From Naegleria gruberi (lineage: Eukaryota), in assembly GCA_000004985.1 (NCBI GenBank), contig GG738873.1: 64,000 nucleotides of DNA. One strand, 5' to 3'. The notes below the pieces were generated by a model that saw nothing but the letters and a program-made list of their open reading frames with translations, had not been told where the DNA came from and ran no database searches. A program made the position numbers and the translations under genes. Below are positions 55,333 through 64,000 of this stretch, piece by piece (positions within the stretch are counted from its first letter, which is position 1; the number at the start of each line of letters is the position of its first letter).

Positions 55333-58300
55333 TTAGTGAAGGAAAAGAGTAACTATAAGTACAAACAATAATGCTATAATATTACAATAGTAAGACAAGC
55401 TAGCTTGAGAGATGATTGTTTTCTGCTTGACCAAAGTTGTGAGTGTGTAGGCACCAGTACTGCTAATATCTGCAACAACAGAATCTTTAACAAAGGTTCC
55501 AACAGTACATCCAGAATCTGTACTGAACACATCCTTGCTATCGTCATACTTTTTACAGATGAGCTCTGTATTTTGAGGAAGGGAAGTTTCATTCTTCAAA
55601 GTTTGCATTCTCAATTTTACAAGGTTGGTATTTGAAAGCTTGAATGGAGAATAGCTATTTTCTGGAACAATGTTAAACTCAATTACCTTGGTGAACATAT
55701 CAAAGTCAGAGCCGAGAGAGAATTTAGAGACAGCATTTCTCTTGTCATAGATCATAAATCTTAAACTGGCGGATGCAACGTTTGGAATCAACTTGGAGAA
55801 TGTAGAGGAGAGTGTGATGGTATTTGAATTGTAGAGAATGTCATAGAAATTATTCATACTTGGGGAGGAGAGCTTTCTACTATATCCAACAACTCCATTA
55901 CCAATCACAACAGAGGCAGGCATATCTGGAGCATTATTCTTTGTTGAGGCTGCTACAATATTAGTGTAAGTAACGCCTAAATTCTTTAAATCATCATCAG
56001 TGAACAAATTCAGAGATCTTCTACGAGTTGATACATATCCAGAAAGAGCATTAGTGGCAGCAATAACACTAGAAATAGTGTTTAAGTCAAAGTTAACACT
56101 TTTAACAGAGGCTACAGTCTCAGTCGTAGATGCAAGTGTGGAAATGATAAGAGAGGTTGTCTTATCTGTAATAAAACCTCCAGTGACAGCTGGAATAGCA
56201 TTTGAAATAACAGAAGCTGTTGAGATTGCAGAGTCGCTTGTTTCCGGAACGAGACTACTTTGAGAGGATTTGGTGGAGATTACAGCCGAAACTAAATTAT
56301 TGGCTGCTTGTGAAATCTTCTCCTTTTGAGTTGCATCCAGAGAAGAGCTTGTTACAGATCCAATTACCAATAATGCATTTGATGCATCAGTGGAGGAGAT
56401 GGTGGCAACTTGTGAGCTGATAGAGCTCAAAACTTTGAATGTTTGCTCGACTGACAAGTTTTCCACTTTAACCTGCAGGATAGATTCTGTTGAGGCACCT
56501 TTGGCATCTGAAACAACAACCTTAACTGGCACCTTGTAAGAATTTGAAGAAGATCCAGAGGCCAGTCTCACACGAATTGATTTCAAATCAACAACTTTTT
56601 CCGATAGAGGTTTCCAATAGGTGCCATCATTGAAGAAGTATTGATAAGAAAGAGGGGCTTGAGGATCATTCCATCCGTTACCACACTTTAAATCAAATTC
56701 GTCCAAAGAGTAGCCACTTTGTGGGAAAACCTCAAATACACCTCTAGTTGGTGGGAAATTGACAGTGAAAGAGATTGATGCAGAACCATTCTTATTTCCA
56801 TCAGTAATCAACAAATCAAGAGAAATTGTTAAACCTGGAACAAGACTACTCTTTGGAATGATAATATAACTGAGACTTGTCTCCAAATTTGTTAAATCAA
56901 GGTTAGAAGATGTCCATTTGTATGATGGGTTGGATAAGGAATCCAAAAGGTTAGAGTTGAAAATTACATCCTGACTGCTGTCAACTGCCGATAAGTCAAT
57001 ACTTTGAGAAATACCTTGAGGCTTGGCAGAAATAGAAGCCTTGATAATCTTATCCTTTGAATCTGATAAAATTGTAACCAATAACACCTTTTGAATGCTT
57101 CTTGAACCTTTAGAGTAGGTTGCAGTGAAAGAATATTTTCCTGGCTGAAGGAGTTGACTGAATGGAGAACTCACAGAACCACAACCAGTATTGGTGGAAA
57201 TCTTAAAACATGCAATTGTGAGTGAATCAGAATCAGAGGTTGCACTTGGATCATTCTTAACAGCAGAAAACGAAACAAGTTCGTCGTAACCTTGAGAGAA
57301 GTCGGTTACATTGAAAGATAATTCTAATGGTTGACTAATTGCCTTTACAAGGAAAATTACACTAGTTTCAAGAGCTTGATCGGCAGTAACGGTTGCCTTA
57401 AAATAATAATTTCCTTCCTTCTTAATTGAAGTATAGCCAGAGCCAAAAATGAGCATTCTATTACTTGTGGAAAGTTTGAGAGAGGTGTCTACAGAGTTCA
57501 ACTCAACTGAGTAGCTAACTTTCAGCAAGCTAGAATTTCCGCTGTAACATGATGGGAAAGTGATAGATGGGACAATAATGGAAGAGCCTCCAATTAACAC
57601 TTGAACTTCTTCTGGAATATTTATGAATGGAACAACTGTAGTAACAACAGAGAAGGACAGAGTTTGATTGGAAGAATAACCAAATTGATTTGTAACCTTA
57701 ACTACAACTGAGTAACTTCCAACATTGAGTGCATTTGCTTGTATTGTAACAACAGATGTTTTAAGAGAATTGATCATATTGTTCAAAGTGGCAGAAGATG
57801 ATGACCAAGAATAGGTCAAAGCTCTTCTATCAGAAGATGAAGATGAGGAAGCGTCAAAAGATACCTTATCACATGTTGAAACAATGGACTTATCAGACTT
57901 CAATACAGCATCTGGCGGATTAGAAACAAGTGAACCAGTGGAAACAATCACACTAACAAAATTAGTTTTCTTTAGCAAATCAGAATAGAACATTAAGGTA
58001 CTTCCAGGAACAATTGTTGTACTTGAGCCTAAAATTATTTGGAATGAATTTTCAGAACTGGTATAAAGACAAGAAGCATCACTACCACCAATCAATGGAA
58101 GACTCTCTGCTGCAATGAAATAAGAGCATTCAAACTTTGTACTTATTGGAGAGTAAACTGTACCAGTAATTACATCTCCGTTCTTATTGAAGGAGAAAGA
58201 AGAAACACTCACAGAATAGTCACAATTTTCTCCATACCAACCAGTTTGACAAGATGAACAAGTTTTTCCAGAGAAATGACCAGAGCAAACACATTCTCCC

Positions 58301-60360
58301 ATAGAATTACAATTTCCATGAGATGAGCAATTACGGGCAGGAGTACAAACATTATCGCAATTAGATCCAAAATATCCTGCTGTACAGTTTGTGCAAAACT
58401 CGCCCGAAAAATTATCAGAGCAAATACAATTCTTATTGCTGCCACAAGTTCCTCTTCCATTACATGTTTTTTCAGCACTGCATGCTGCTTCTGTGCAATT
58501 AACCCCTGAAAAGCTTGGATTACATTCAGTACATTGTGAATTTCCATTCCAGTTGGAAAGGCAAGAGCAAGTATCTACAGCAGTGCAAGAACCATGGCCT
58601 CCACAAACGCTAGATGAACTCTTGCTGATTCCATAGCATTTGAATGAATTGCATGTTTCACCTTCGAATCCAGTTTTACATTTACATTGATTTGGAGAAA
58701 TACATTCACCTTGACCACTGCAAACATTCTTATCACTTGATGGAATATCAAAACACAGAGGAACTGCACAATTAGAGCCATAATAACCAAATACACAAAC
58801 ACATCCAGAATCTGTGCAATTTCCTTTAGAGTTGCAAACACTAGAATTATCAGAGCTAATCCCATTACACACATATTTTGGAGCTGATGGGGATGAATTA
58901 TTGTTTGAGTTAGTGCTATTTTGTGGAATTGTTGAATTTTCATAAGTTGAGCTGTTTGTTATTACTGTGCTGTTGTTGACAGTCGTATTAGAGTTATTAG
59001 AGCTATTGTATACATTAGTATTATTTTGAATTACTGTTGAGTTATCTTGGATTGTATTGTTCCCATTGGTTGTGCTATTGGAAGAATTTGTGCTATTAGA
59101 TGTAGAATTTCCTGATGAGGTATTGGTAGAATTGTCAATGCTTGTATTATTCCAAGTGGTACTATTGTCTGAAACTACAGGATTGACTGGATTAGTGGTA
59201 TTGCTGTTATCTGAAACGTTGTGATGTACAGTGTTGTTATTAGAAATATCAGTATTGTTGGTCAATGTACCATTTCCATTTAAGGTACTATTATTGGTGG
59301 TTGCAGAGTTGTTTGAGGAAGTCAAACATGTGCTACCCGAGAATCCATCATTACAGACACAAGTATTAAAATCAGTACATGCCCCATTTCCATTACACAC
59401 TTGGCTACTAGTACTTGCTACCCCAAAACATGAGGTCACATTACAAGAAGCTCCTGTAAACTTGGAAACTTTCAAACCCATTCCTGATACATCAAAGGAA
59501 AGAGGGCCACCAACTGCAATAATAATACTCCATTGCTTGATGAAAATACCAACCTTGTCATAAACTGTTGTTGTTGGAACTGTTCCATAGTGAATCCAAT
59601 CAGTTCCAGTGGCAGTCTTGTAATAAAACTTGTAACCTAATGGATTCTTTCTAACAAGAAGAGGTGCATGAGTTTGAGAAGATGAAAATGTGAAGGGACC
59701 ATCTGAATAGTGATTAATCAAATCTTCAGGGAGAACATCACAATACTTTTCATTATTGACAGCTATTGTCAACTTTGATGTATCGGTTGGACCACTTCCA
59801 ATGAAATAGTTGGCATTATTTGGATTGAGGCTATTATTTCTCCATACAACCACACCAATATGAGTTAGGCCTCCTCTAGCTTTCATGTCAATAACAGCTT
59901 CATAGGACCATTCATTGAAAATGCTTCCATCTACATTTCTTGGTACATCATTAAGGATTAATTCACCTTCCATTCTGTTACACCACCACATATCTTGTGC
60001 CTTATTCTTAGTTGAAATCGATATGTTTGGATAATTTCCTTGAATCCTATTCATTTCATAACTATTGAACAATGTGTTTGGGCTTGGATCATAGAATCTC
60101 ACTCCCCAACCAGAATCAAAGTTTTGAAGATAATCGACAGCTTGAGATGAATTTGTTCCCATACAAGAACAAACATCTTGAGAAATACACGATCCCCTTC
60201 CTGAGCAAACACTTGAATTGGAGGCTGCAATACCATAACATGAAATCTCTGTCGATTCAACAACCTTAATATTATTGAATATAATAAAGCCAAGAAGGAT
60301 ATTTAGCAAGGTCACGAAGTTAAATAATAACCTAAAAGAACCAGTTATTCTTCCCTTCAT
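55333..60360 (-). CDS. Giant membrane protein (1675 aa): signal/anchor, EGF-like modules, unknown ~300-aa globular region, hyper-N-glycosylation-sequon mucin-like stalk, laminin/tenascin-type EGF array, long Ig-like/beta-repeat region, C-terminal TM
   Basis: The ORF runs from ATG 60360-60358 to TAA 55335-55333. EGF-like modules read CSGRGSCISQDVCSC and CNGNGACTDFNTCVCNDGFSGSTC. A ~150-aa N/S/T-only segment is dense in NxS/T sequons. Nine or more Cys-rich EGF units follow (CSGQGECISPNQCKCKTGFEGETC, CNGRGTCGSNKNCICSDNFSGEFC...). After a long beta-rich region, the hydrophobic C-terminus reads YYCNIIALLFVLIVTLFLH. Confidence 0.85.
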   Translation of the reverse strand: MKGRITGSFRLLFNFVTLLNILLGFIIFNNIKVVESTEISCYGIAASNSSVCSGRGSCISQDVCSCMGTNSSQAVDYLQNFDSGWGVRFYDPSPNTLFNSYEMNRIQGNYPNISISTKNKAQDMWWCNRMEGELILNDVPRNVDGSIFNEWSYEAVIDMKARGGLTHIGVVVWRNNSLNPNNANYFIGSGPTDTSKLTIAVNNEKYCDVLPEDLINHYSDGPFTFSSSQTHAPLLVRKNPLGYKFYYKTATGTDWIHYGTVPTTTVYDKVGIFIKQWSIIIAVGGPLSFDVSGMGLKVSKFTGASCNVTSCFGVASTSSQVCNGNGACTDFNTCVCNDGFSGSTCLTSSNNSATTNNSTLNGNGTLTNNTDISNNNTVHHNVSDNSNTTNPVNPVVSDNSTTWNNTSIDNSTNTSSGNSTSNSTNSSNSTTNGNNTIQDNSTVIQNNTNVYNSSNNSNTTVNNSTVITNSSTYENSTIPQNSTNSNNNSSPSAPKYVCNGISSDNSSVCNSKGNCTDSGCVCVFGYYGSNCAVPLCFDIPSSDKNVCSGQGECISPNQCKCKTGFEGETCNSFKCYGISKSSSSVCGGHGSCTAVDTCSCLSNWNGNSQCTECNPSFSGVNCTEAACSAEKTCNGRGTCGSNKNCICSDNFSGEFCTNCTAGYFGSNCDNVCTPARNCSSHGNCNSMGECVCSGHFSGKTCSSCQTGWYGENCDYSVSVSSFSFNKNGDVITGTVYSPISTKFECSYFIAAESLPLIGGSDASCLYTSSENSFQIILGSSTTIVPGSTLMFYSDLLKKTNFVSVIVSTGSLVSNPPDAVLKSDKSIVSTCDKVSFDASSSSSSDRRALTYSWSSSSATLNNMINSLKTSVVTIQANALNVGSYSVVVKVTNQFGYSSNQTLSFSVVTTVVPFINIPEEVQVLIGGSSIIVPSITFPSCYSGNSSLLKVSYSVELNSVDTSLKLSTSNRMLIFGSGYTSIKKEGNYYFKATVTADQALETSVIFLVKAISQPLELSFNVTDFSQGYDELVSFSAVKNDPSATSDSDSLTIACFKISTNTGCGSVSSPFSQLLQPGKYSFTATYSKGSRSIQKVLLVTILSDSKDKIIKASISAKPQGISQSIDLSAVDSSQDVIFNSNLLDSLSNPSYKWTSSNLDLTNLETSLSYIIIPKSSLVPGLTISLDLLITDGNKNGSASISFTVNFPPTRGVFEVFPQSGYSLDEFDLKCGNGWNDPQAPLSYQYFFNDGTYWKPLSEKVVDLKSIRVRLASGSSSNSYKVPVKVVVSDAKGASTESILQVKVENLSVEQTFKVLSSISSQVATISSTDASNALLVIGSVTSSSLDATQKEKISQAANNLVSAVISTKSSQSSLVPETSDSAISTASVISNAIPAVTGGFITDKTTSLIISTLASTTETVASVKSVNFDLNTISSVIAATNALSGYVSTRRRSLNLFTDDDLKNLGVTYTNIVAASTKNNAPDMPASVVIGNGVVGYSRKLSSPSMNNFYDILYNSNTITLSSTFSKLIPNVASASLRFMIYDKRNAVSKFSLGSDFDMFTKVIEFNIVPENSYSPFKLSNTNLVKLRMQTLKNETSLPQNTELICKKYDDSKDVFSTDSGCTVGTFVKDSVVADISSTGAYTLTTLVKQKTIISQASLSYYCNIIALLFVLIVTLFLH
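58860..59330 (-). repeat. Low-complexity coding region (Asn/Ser/Thr-rich, NxS/T sequon array) within the giant membrane protein
   Basis: The encoded segment is ...NNTDISNNNTVHHNVSDNSNTTNPV...NSTSNSTNSSNSTTNGNNTIQDNSTVIQNNTNVYNSSNNSNTTVNNSTVITNSSTYENSTIPQNSTNSNNNSSP. At the DNA level it is AT-rich and cryptically repetitive. Confidence 0.5.
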
Positions 60361-60684
60361 GATGATGAATATGTATTAATCTTGAGGGTATTTTTTACTT
60401 TTTTCTGGTTGTTATGATGACGCCTTAACGTTCATTGGTGGGAAACGAGAGAGAGGAACTCTTCATAAGAACCGGAATTATTTAACATGTTTGTAAAATG
60501 GTAAACAATTAAGGGTGGGCGAAGAGGTTTTATCATACGCACTTCATTGTGAGAATCTTTTTAATGGCATGCAATCATGATATATTATAAATAATAGTTA
60601 CTTTTGTTTTTATTTGCCTTATACTATATAATATATTAAATACTACCACTCTCACAATTATACATTCCGAACCAAATGGAAGAA

Positions 60685-61242
60685 TTACAAATCATCATTA
60701 TTTAATTGTGAATATTGTGATGGTGATGAAGAACCTCTTGAACGAGCAGTTACAATAATTCTATTCAATCCACAACAACAAAGAGGCAATAAACAGAACA
60801 ATAAAATAGCTCCACTAGCTCCAATCCAAGATCCGATAATAATCTTTTGATTTGTTGACTCCTCAGTGTTACTGTTAGGCTTCTTGATATTCTCACTCAG
60901 AGCCAATGAATAAATAACAATCAGTGCAATGGTTGCTCCCATCGAAATTAAAATCCAAATCATCCAATGGAAAGCACAACCAAGTAAATATTTGGAGAGT
61001 TTTCCTGGTTCATTTCCGAAACAGTCAATCACAGAAGCAACACCAACTACTCCAGTCAAGATGAAAACAGAGAGTGCAACATAGGTGAGAATGGTGAAGG
61101 CAAGTTCTCCACCTTCTGGGTGATAGCCATCTTTCACTTGGAGAACAATTTGAGCAATTAGATAACCCAATGATGGGAGTAAAAGACCGATTGAGCCTAT
61201 CAGTGTGCAAATGATGGATGCTGCAGAGGAAGAGACGGCCAT
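60685..61242 (-). CDS. Small four-TM membrane protein (185 aa), family unknown
   Basis: The ORF runs from ATG 61242-61240 to TAA 60687-60685. It has four hydrophobic segments (IICTLIGSIGLLLPSLGYLIAQIV, FTILTYVALSVFILTGVVGVASV, MIWILISMGATIALIVIYSLAL, IIGSWIGASGAILLFCLLPLCCCGL) and a Ser-rich cytosolic C-terminus. Confidence 0.55.
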   Translation of the reverse strand: MAVSSSAASIICTLIGSIGLLLPSLGYLIAQIVLQVKDGYHPEGGELAFTILTYVALSVFILTGVVGVASVIDCFGNEPGKLSKYLLGCAFHWMIWILISMGATIALIVIYSLALSENIKKPNSNTEESTNQKIIIGSWIGASGAILLFCLLPLCCCGLNRIIVTARSRGSSSPSQYSQLNNDDL

Positions 61243-61514
61243 ATTGTGTTTTTAATTTTTTGATTGTGAAAATAATTGGCTGTCAGATGTTATGATTATC
61301 ATAATCGCAACGAACTTCTTGTAGAGATATTCTTTGAAAAATCCTGCTATTATTAACATAATCGCACTTTTGAGGCATGTAACAATTAAAGAATTTGTAA
61401 AACATTTAATTATTATTTATTGGAATTCTTCTAAAGGTTTAGTTTTGCATTTGGTGTTTATTAGTTTTGCAACAGTCAACAGAACTGGAATGGAACTCAT
61501 CATTCACAGTAATA

Positions 61515-62672
61515 TTACAATGAATATTGACTACAGATTGGCTCACAAAAATCAATAAATGATTTTTGAAGGATCTTATTATTGGCAACTGCACTTGGAT
61601 TCACTGGACGGCAATCATCAAAATAGCTACCAGAGATGGATTTAACATCTGGGGAGCATGCCAAATGAATAGTGTTTTGAGATCCTTGTTTAACATTCTT
61701 GAAGAATAATAATTCAGGAATTCCCAAAAGCAAATTAATATAGAGTGGGGCCTCCCTTGTAAGCTGACTGGAAATGGCTCCAGGATGACAACAATTAATG
61801 GTTACCTTACAATTAGGAGTATTCTTAATTCTCTCATTAAAGTGATAGGTTTGATAAATGTTGAACAATTTGGACATGCCATATTGCTTGTTGGTATCTA
61901 GAAGGTTCATTGTGGAAAATCTTTTGGTTGGTTTGATTACTCGATCTCCCATTGTGTAGGTATTTTGTTCCTTATCGAAAAAGTCAGCATCACTAACAAA
62001 TGAATGAGCCAATGAGGCAACAATTACAATTCTTGCACCATTTGGATTGCTATTCAAATTGTTCCACAATAGCTCAATCAGTAAGTGATGTCCCAAGGCA
62101 TTTGATTGAAACATTTCCTCATATCCTTGCTTGGAAAATCTCAATCCAAGTGCAACACATCCAGCATTATTAATCAACAAATCCAAAACCTTTCCCATTT
62201 GAAGAAATTCCTTAGCACATTCTCTAACACTTTCCAAATCATTGAGATCCAATCGGATGAAATTCAATGAACCTCCTTCTAATCTCTTCTCTCCAACAGT
62301 GTCTTGAATTTGTCTGATTACTTGTTTGGTTTTTTCTGCATTTCTACATGCCAAGTAGACACAAGCTCCCTGTCTGTACAATACTTGTGCAGTGTAAACT
62401 CCGATACCAGAAGTTGCTCCACTGTGATCATCAAATGATCATACATTATAATAACTGTTATTAAATAATCAATATATTACTGTATAAACTCACGTAATCA
62501 TAACAAGCTTTCCTCTCATGTCAACTTGTTCACCATTTGTTGAAACACCATTCACTACAAAATATTTAAGAGCAGAGTAGGAGGCCAACAGGGCAAGTGA
62601 TGAACTGAGCGCGATAGGATGTTGAGTCCACAATGATTGAATGGAGGAGGTGAGAGTTTCAAGTAGGGACAT
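61515..62672 (-). CDS. Short-chain dehydrogenase/reductase (retinol-dehydrogenase-like SDR), 2 exons
   Basis: Exon structure: join(62672..62494, 62421..61515). The 72-nt intron 62422..62493 (GTGAGT...CACAG) splits the Rossmann motif. Exon 1 ends ...GKLVMIT and exon 2 continues GATSGIGVYTAQVLYRQGACVYLACRNAEK, giving TGATSGIG. The downstream sequence NAG...catalytic region is consistent with the SDR family. Exon 1 has a hydrophobic N-terminal anchor. Confidence 0.85.
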
Positions 62673-62767
62673 TTTTTTCTGATTGGTTGACTTGCTATTG
62701 CGCTAGCATTAATATTGAGGACTATTATTGGCAAAATATGATATCGGTAGTGGTCAATAGTAAAATT

Positions 62768-62859
62768 TGATGAGAGTGGGATTTGAACCCACGCCCTTGC
62801 GGAACACGGCATTAAATCATACCTTAACGTGTCGTCTTAGACCACTCGACCATCTCACC
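62768..62859 (-). tRNA. tRNA-Leu (anticodon AAG) with a 12-nt intron after position 37
   Basis: Reverse complement: GGTGAGATGGTCGAGTGGTCTAAGACGACACGTTAAGG[TATGATTTAATG]CCGTGTTCCGCAAGGGCGTGGGTTCAAATCCCACTCTCATCA. The acceptor stem is GGTGAGA/TCTCATC, with one G-U pair. The D-arm is GTC..GAC. The anticodon stem is ACACG/CGTGT with loop TTAAGG^C. It has a long variable arm and the T-arm GTGGG-TTCAAAT-CCCAC. The exon loop is identical to canonical tRNA-Leu-AAG. Confidence 0.8.
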
Positions 62860-63016
62860 CTTATTGATGTGGATTAAGGCACTTTTATCGTTCACAAATC
62901 ACTAAATTTATTTTTAATTATTCCTTTCTTAATTTTTCTAATTATTAATTATTCCCTTTCTTATTTATTTTATTAATTATTTAATTAATGTTATAAATTT
63001 TATTAATTTTAAAAAA

Positions 63017-64000
63017 ATGGGTCAAGGATCAAGTCAATCAACACCTCGTCTCGAAGACATTCTCACCTCTCCCTCACAATGGTTCTACTTTCGTGATTAT
63101 CAGGCTCATGCAACATGTTCTGAAAAGATTCGCCTCTATAAAGAGTTGAACAAACTTGTTGATTTACGAAGTGGTGTTGATGGTGATGAAGAGTTTCATG
63201 ATGATGGTTCCGACGCACATAAAACATATCATAACAAATCTGTAAATAATTTATCATCGGAGGAGAAGAGAAAAAGTAATCAAAAATATGAACAATTGAA
63301 GGATTTAATGTTAGAGAATGCATGTGTAATGTGTCAGACATTTTCGGGAAGGATTGAGGAAGTGGAGAATGAAAATAAGTTGAGAGAATGTTTTGGTGAT
63401 GAATTGGTGGATTGGAGTCAAATGAAGAAGAGGAATAATGAGGAAAAATTTAATGAAGAGGAACAATTGTTGAGTTTACCAATTTTACCTTTGGATTATG
63501 ATAGATTATTATATTGTTTTCAAAGTAATAATGCAACGATACCAATGTTTGATGCATTGGCCAAGCACAAATCATTCCTGACACAGAGAGGATCTTTACG
63601 AGAATTATTTCCACACATTACCAATAATTTGAGAGAACAAAGGCCTATTGCTGAATTATTTTCGATTAAGAATACACCAGAACATAACTTTTCATTGTTG
63701 AAAGACTTGTCTAATAAGCAAGCTTCTAAAGAATTTCAAGTTTTAGATAGTTGTATCAACAAGTCAGAAGCTCAGGTCAATCCAAACAGTACAAGCTGTT
63801 TGGGTGAAGCTTTAATTTATTCACATGCAGTCACACCAAAATTTTGCCAGAGACAAATTAGAGATTGTCTCGAGCGAAAGATTCCTTCGTTCGTTGTCAA
63901 TGGTTTGGATGATGATGAAGCTTGGGAACACTTGTCAGTCATTGACTATACACAATGTTTGTTGAATAGGTCTAAGAGTATGACCTTAAATGAGGCTCAT
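63017..64000 (+). CDS. 5' part of a gene continuing beyond the window; N-terminal MGQGSS (possible N-myristoylation site)
   Basis: The ORF begins at ATG 63017 and is open through 64000 with no stop. It does not appear in the ORF track. It reads MGQGSSQSTPRLEDILTSPSQWFYFRDYQAHATCSEKIRLYKELNKLVDLRSG.... No family was recognised. Confidence 0.55.
   Translation, partial: MGQGSSQSTPRLEDILTSPSQWFYFRDYQAHATCSEKIRLYKELNKLVDLRSGVDGDEEFHDDGSDAHKTYHNKSVNNLSSEEKRKSNQKYEQLKDLMLENACVMCQTFSGRIEEVENENKLRECFGDELVDWSQMKKRNNEEKFNEEEQLLSLPILPLDYDRLLYCFQSNNATIPMFDALAKHKSFLTQRGSLRELFPHITNNLREQRPIAELFSIKNTPEHNFSLLKDLSNKQASKEFQVLDSCINKSEAQVNPNSTSCLGEALIYSHAVTPKFCQRQIRDCLERKIPSFVVNGLDDDEAWEHLSVIDYTQCLLNRSKSMTLNEAH

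Noticed and set aside
60361-60684. Possible small gene or promoter element between the giant membrane protein and the 4-TM protein
   Set aside because: Only short AT-rich sequence with no ORF over 30 codons or RNA-gene signature was seen. It was treated as a shared 5'/3' flank.
1-64000. Prokaryotic or operon interpretation of the window, given the prokaryote-style ORF track with TTG/GTG 'M' starts
   Set aside because: Many genes are only coherent after removing GTAAGT...AG introns that split conserved motifs (P4-ATPase, kinase, SDR, GH19). The tRNA-Leu has a canonical eukaryotic intron. The domain content (CLU, RCC1, BTB, F-box, P4-ATPase) and the poly-Asn tracts are eukaryotic.

Overview
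This window is eukaryotic nuclear DNA, not prokaryotic. It is roughly 62-66% A+T and very gene-dense on both strands: about 24 protein-coding genes, or one per ~2.7 kb. It also carries three tRNA genes: Lys-CUU, Asp-GUC, and a Leu-AAG with a 12-nt intron. Spliceosomal introns are tiny, 38-100 nt with a mode of 40-48 nt, with GTAAGT/GTTAGT/GTATGT donors, AG acceptors and AT-rich bodies. Asn-, Ser/Thr- and Glu-rich low-complexity tracts are frequent.

Recognisable content:
- Two paralogous receptor-type Ser/Thr kinases with NHL-propeller plus tenascin-type EGF ectodomains.
- An RCC1-Kelch-EGF-fibrinogen-related chimera.
- A multi-exon P4-ATPase flippase, a CLU (clustered mitochondria) homologue, NFU1, a PTC7-like PP2C and an SDR reductase.
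- A secreted GH19 chitinase/lysozyme-like protein with introns.
- A BTB-BTB protein with a possible nucleotidyltransferase-like tail, and an F-box plus degenerate Ras-like GTPase.
- A DUF4116 protein and a questin-oxidase-like (DUF4243) protein.
- Two adjacent giant type-I membrane proteins with EGF and mucin-like, sequon-dense regions.

No CRISPR arrays, rRNA or recognisable transposons were seen. The source organism cannot be named from sequence alone. Compactness, tiny introns, poly-Asn tracts, tenascin-type EGF modules and receptor Ser/Thr kinases suggest an AT-rich protist (amoebozoan-like) rather than an animal, fungus or plant.

The ORF-track 'M' is often TTG or GTG, so start codons were re-derived where possible. 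All exon joins are inferred from reading frame and splice motifs by eye, and domain calls come from remembered family signatures, not searches.
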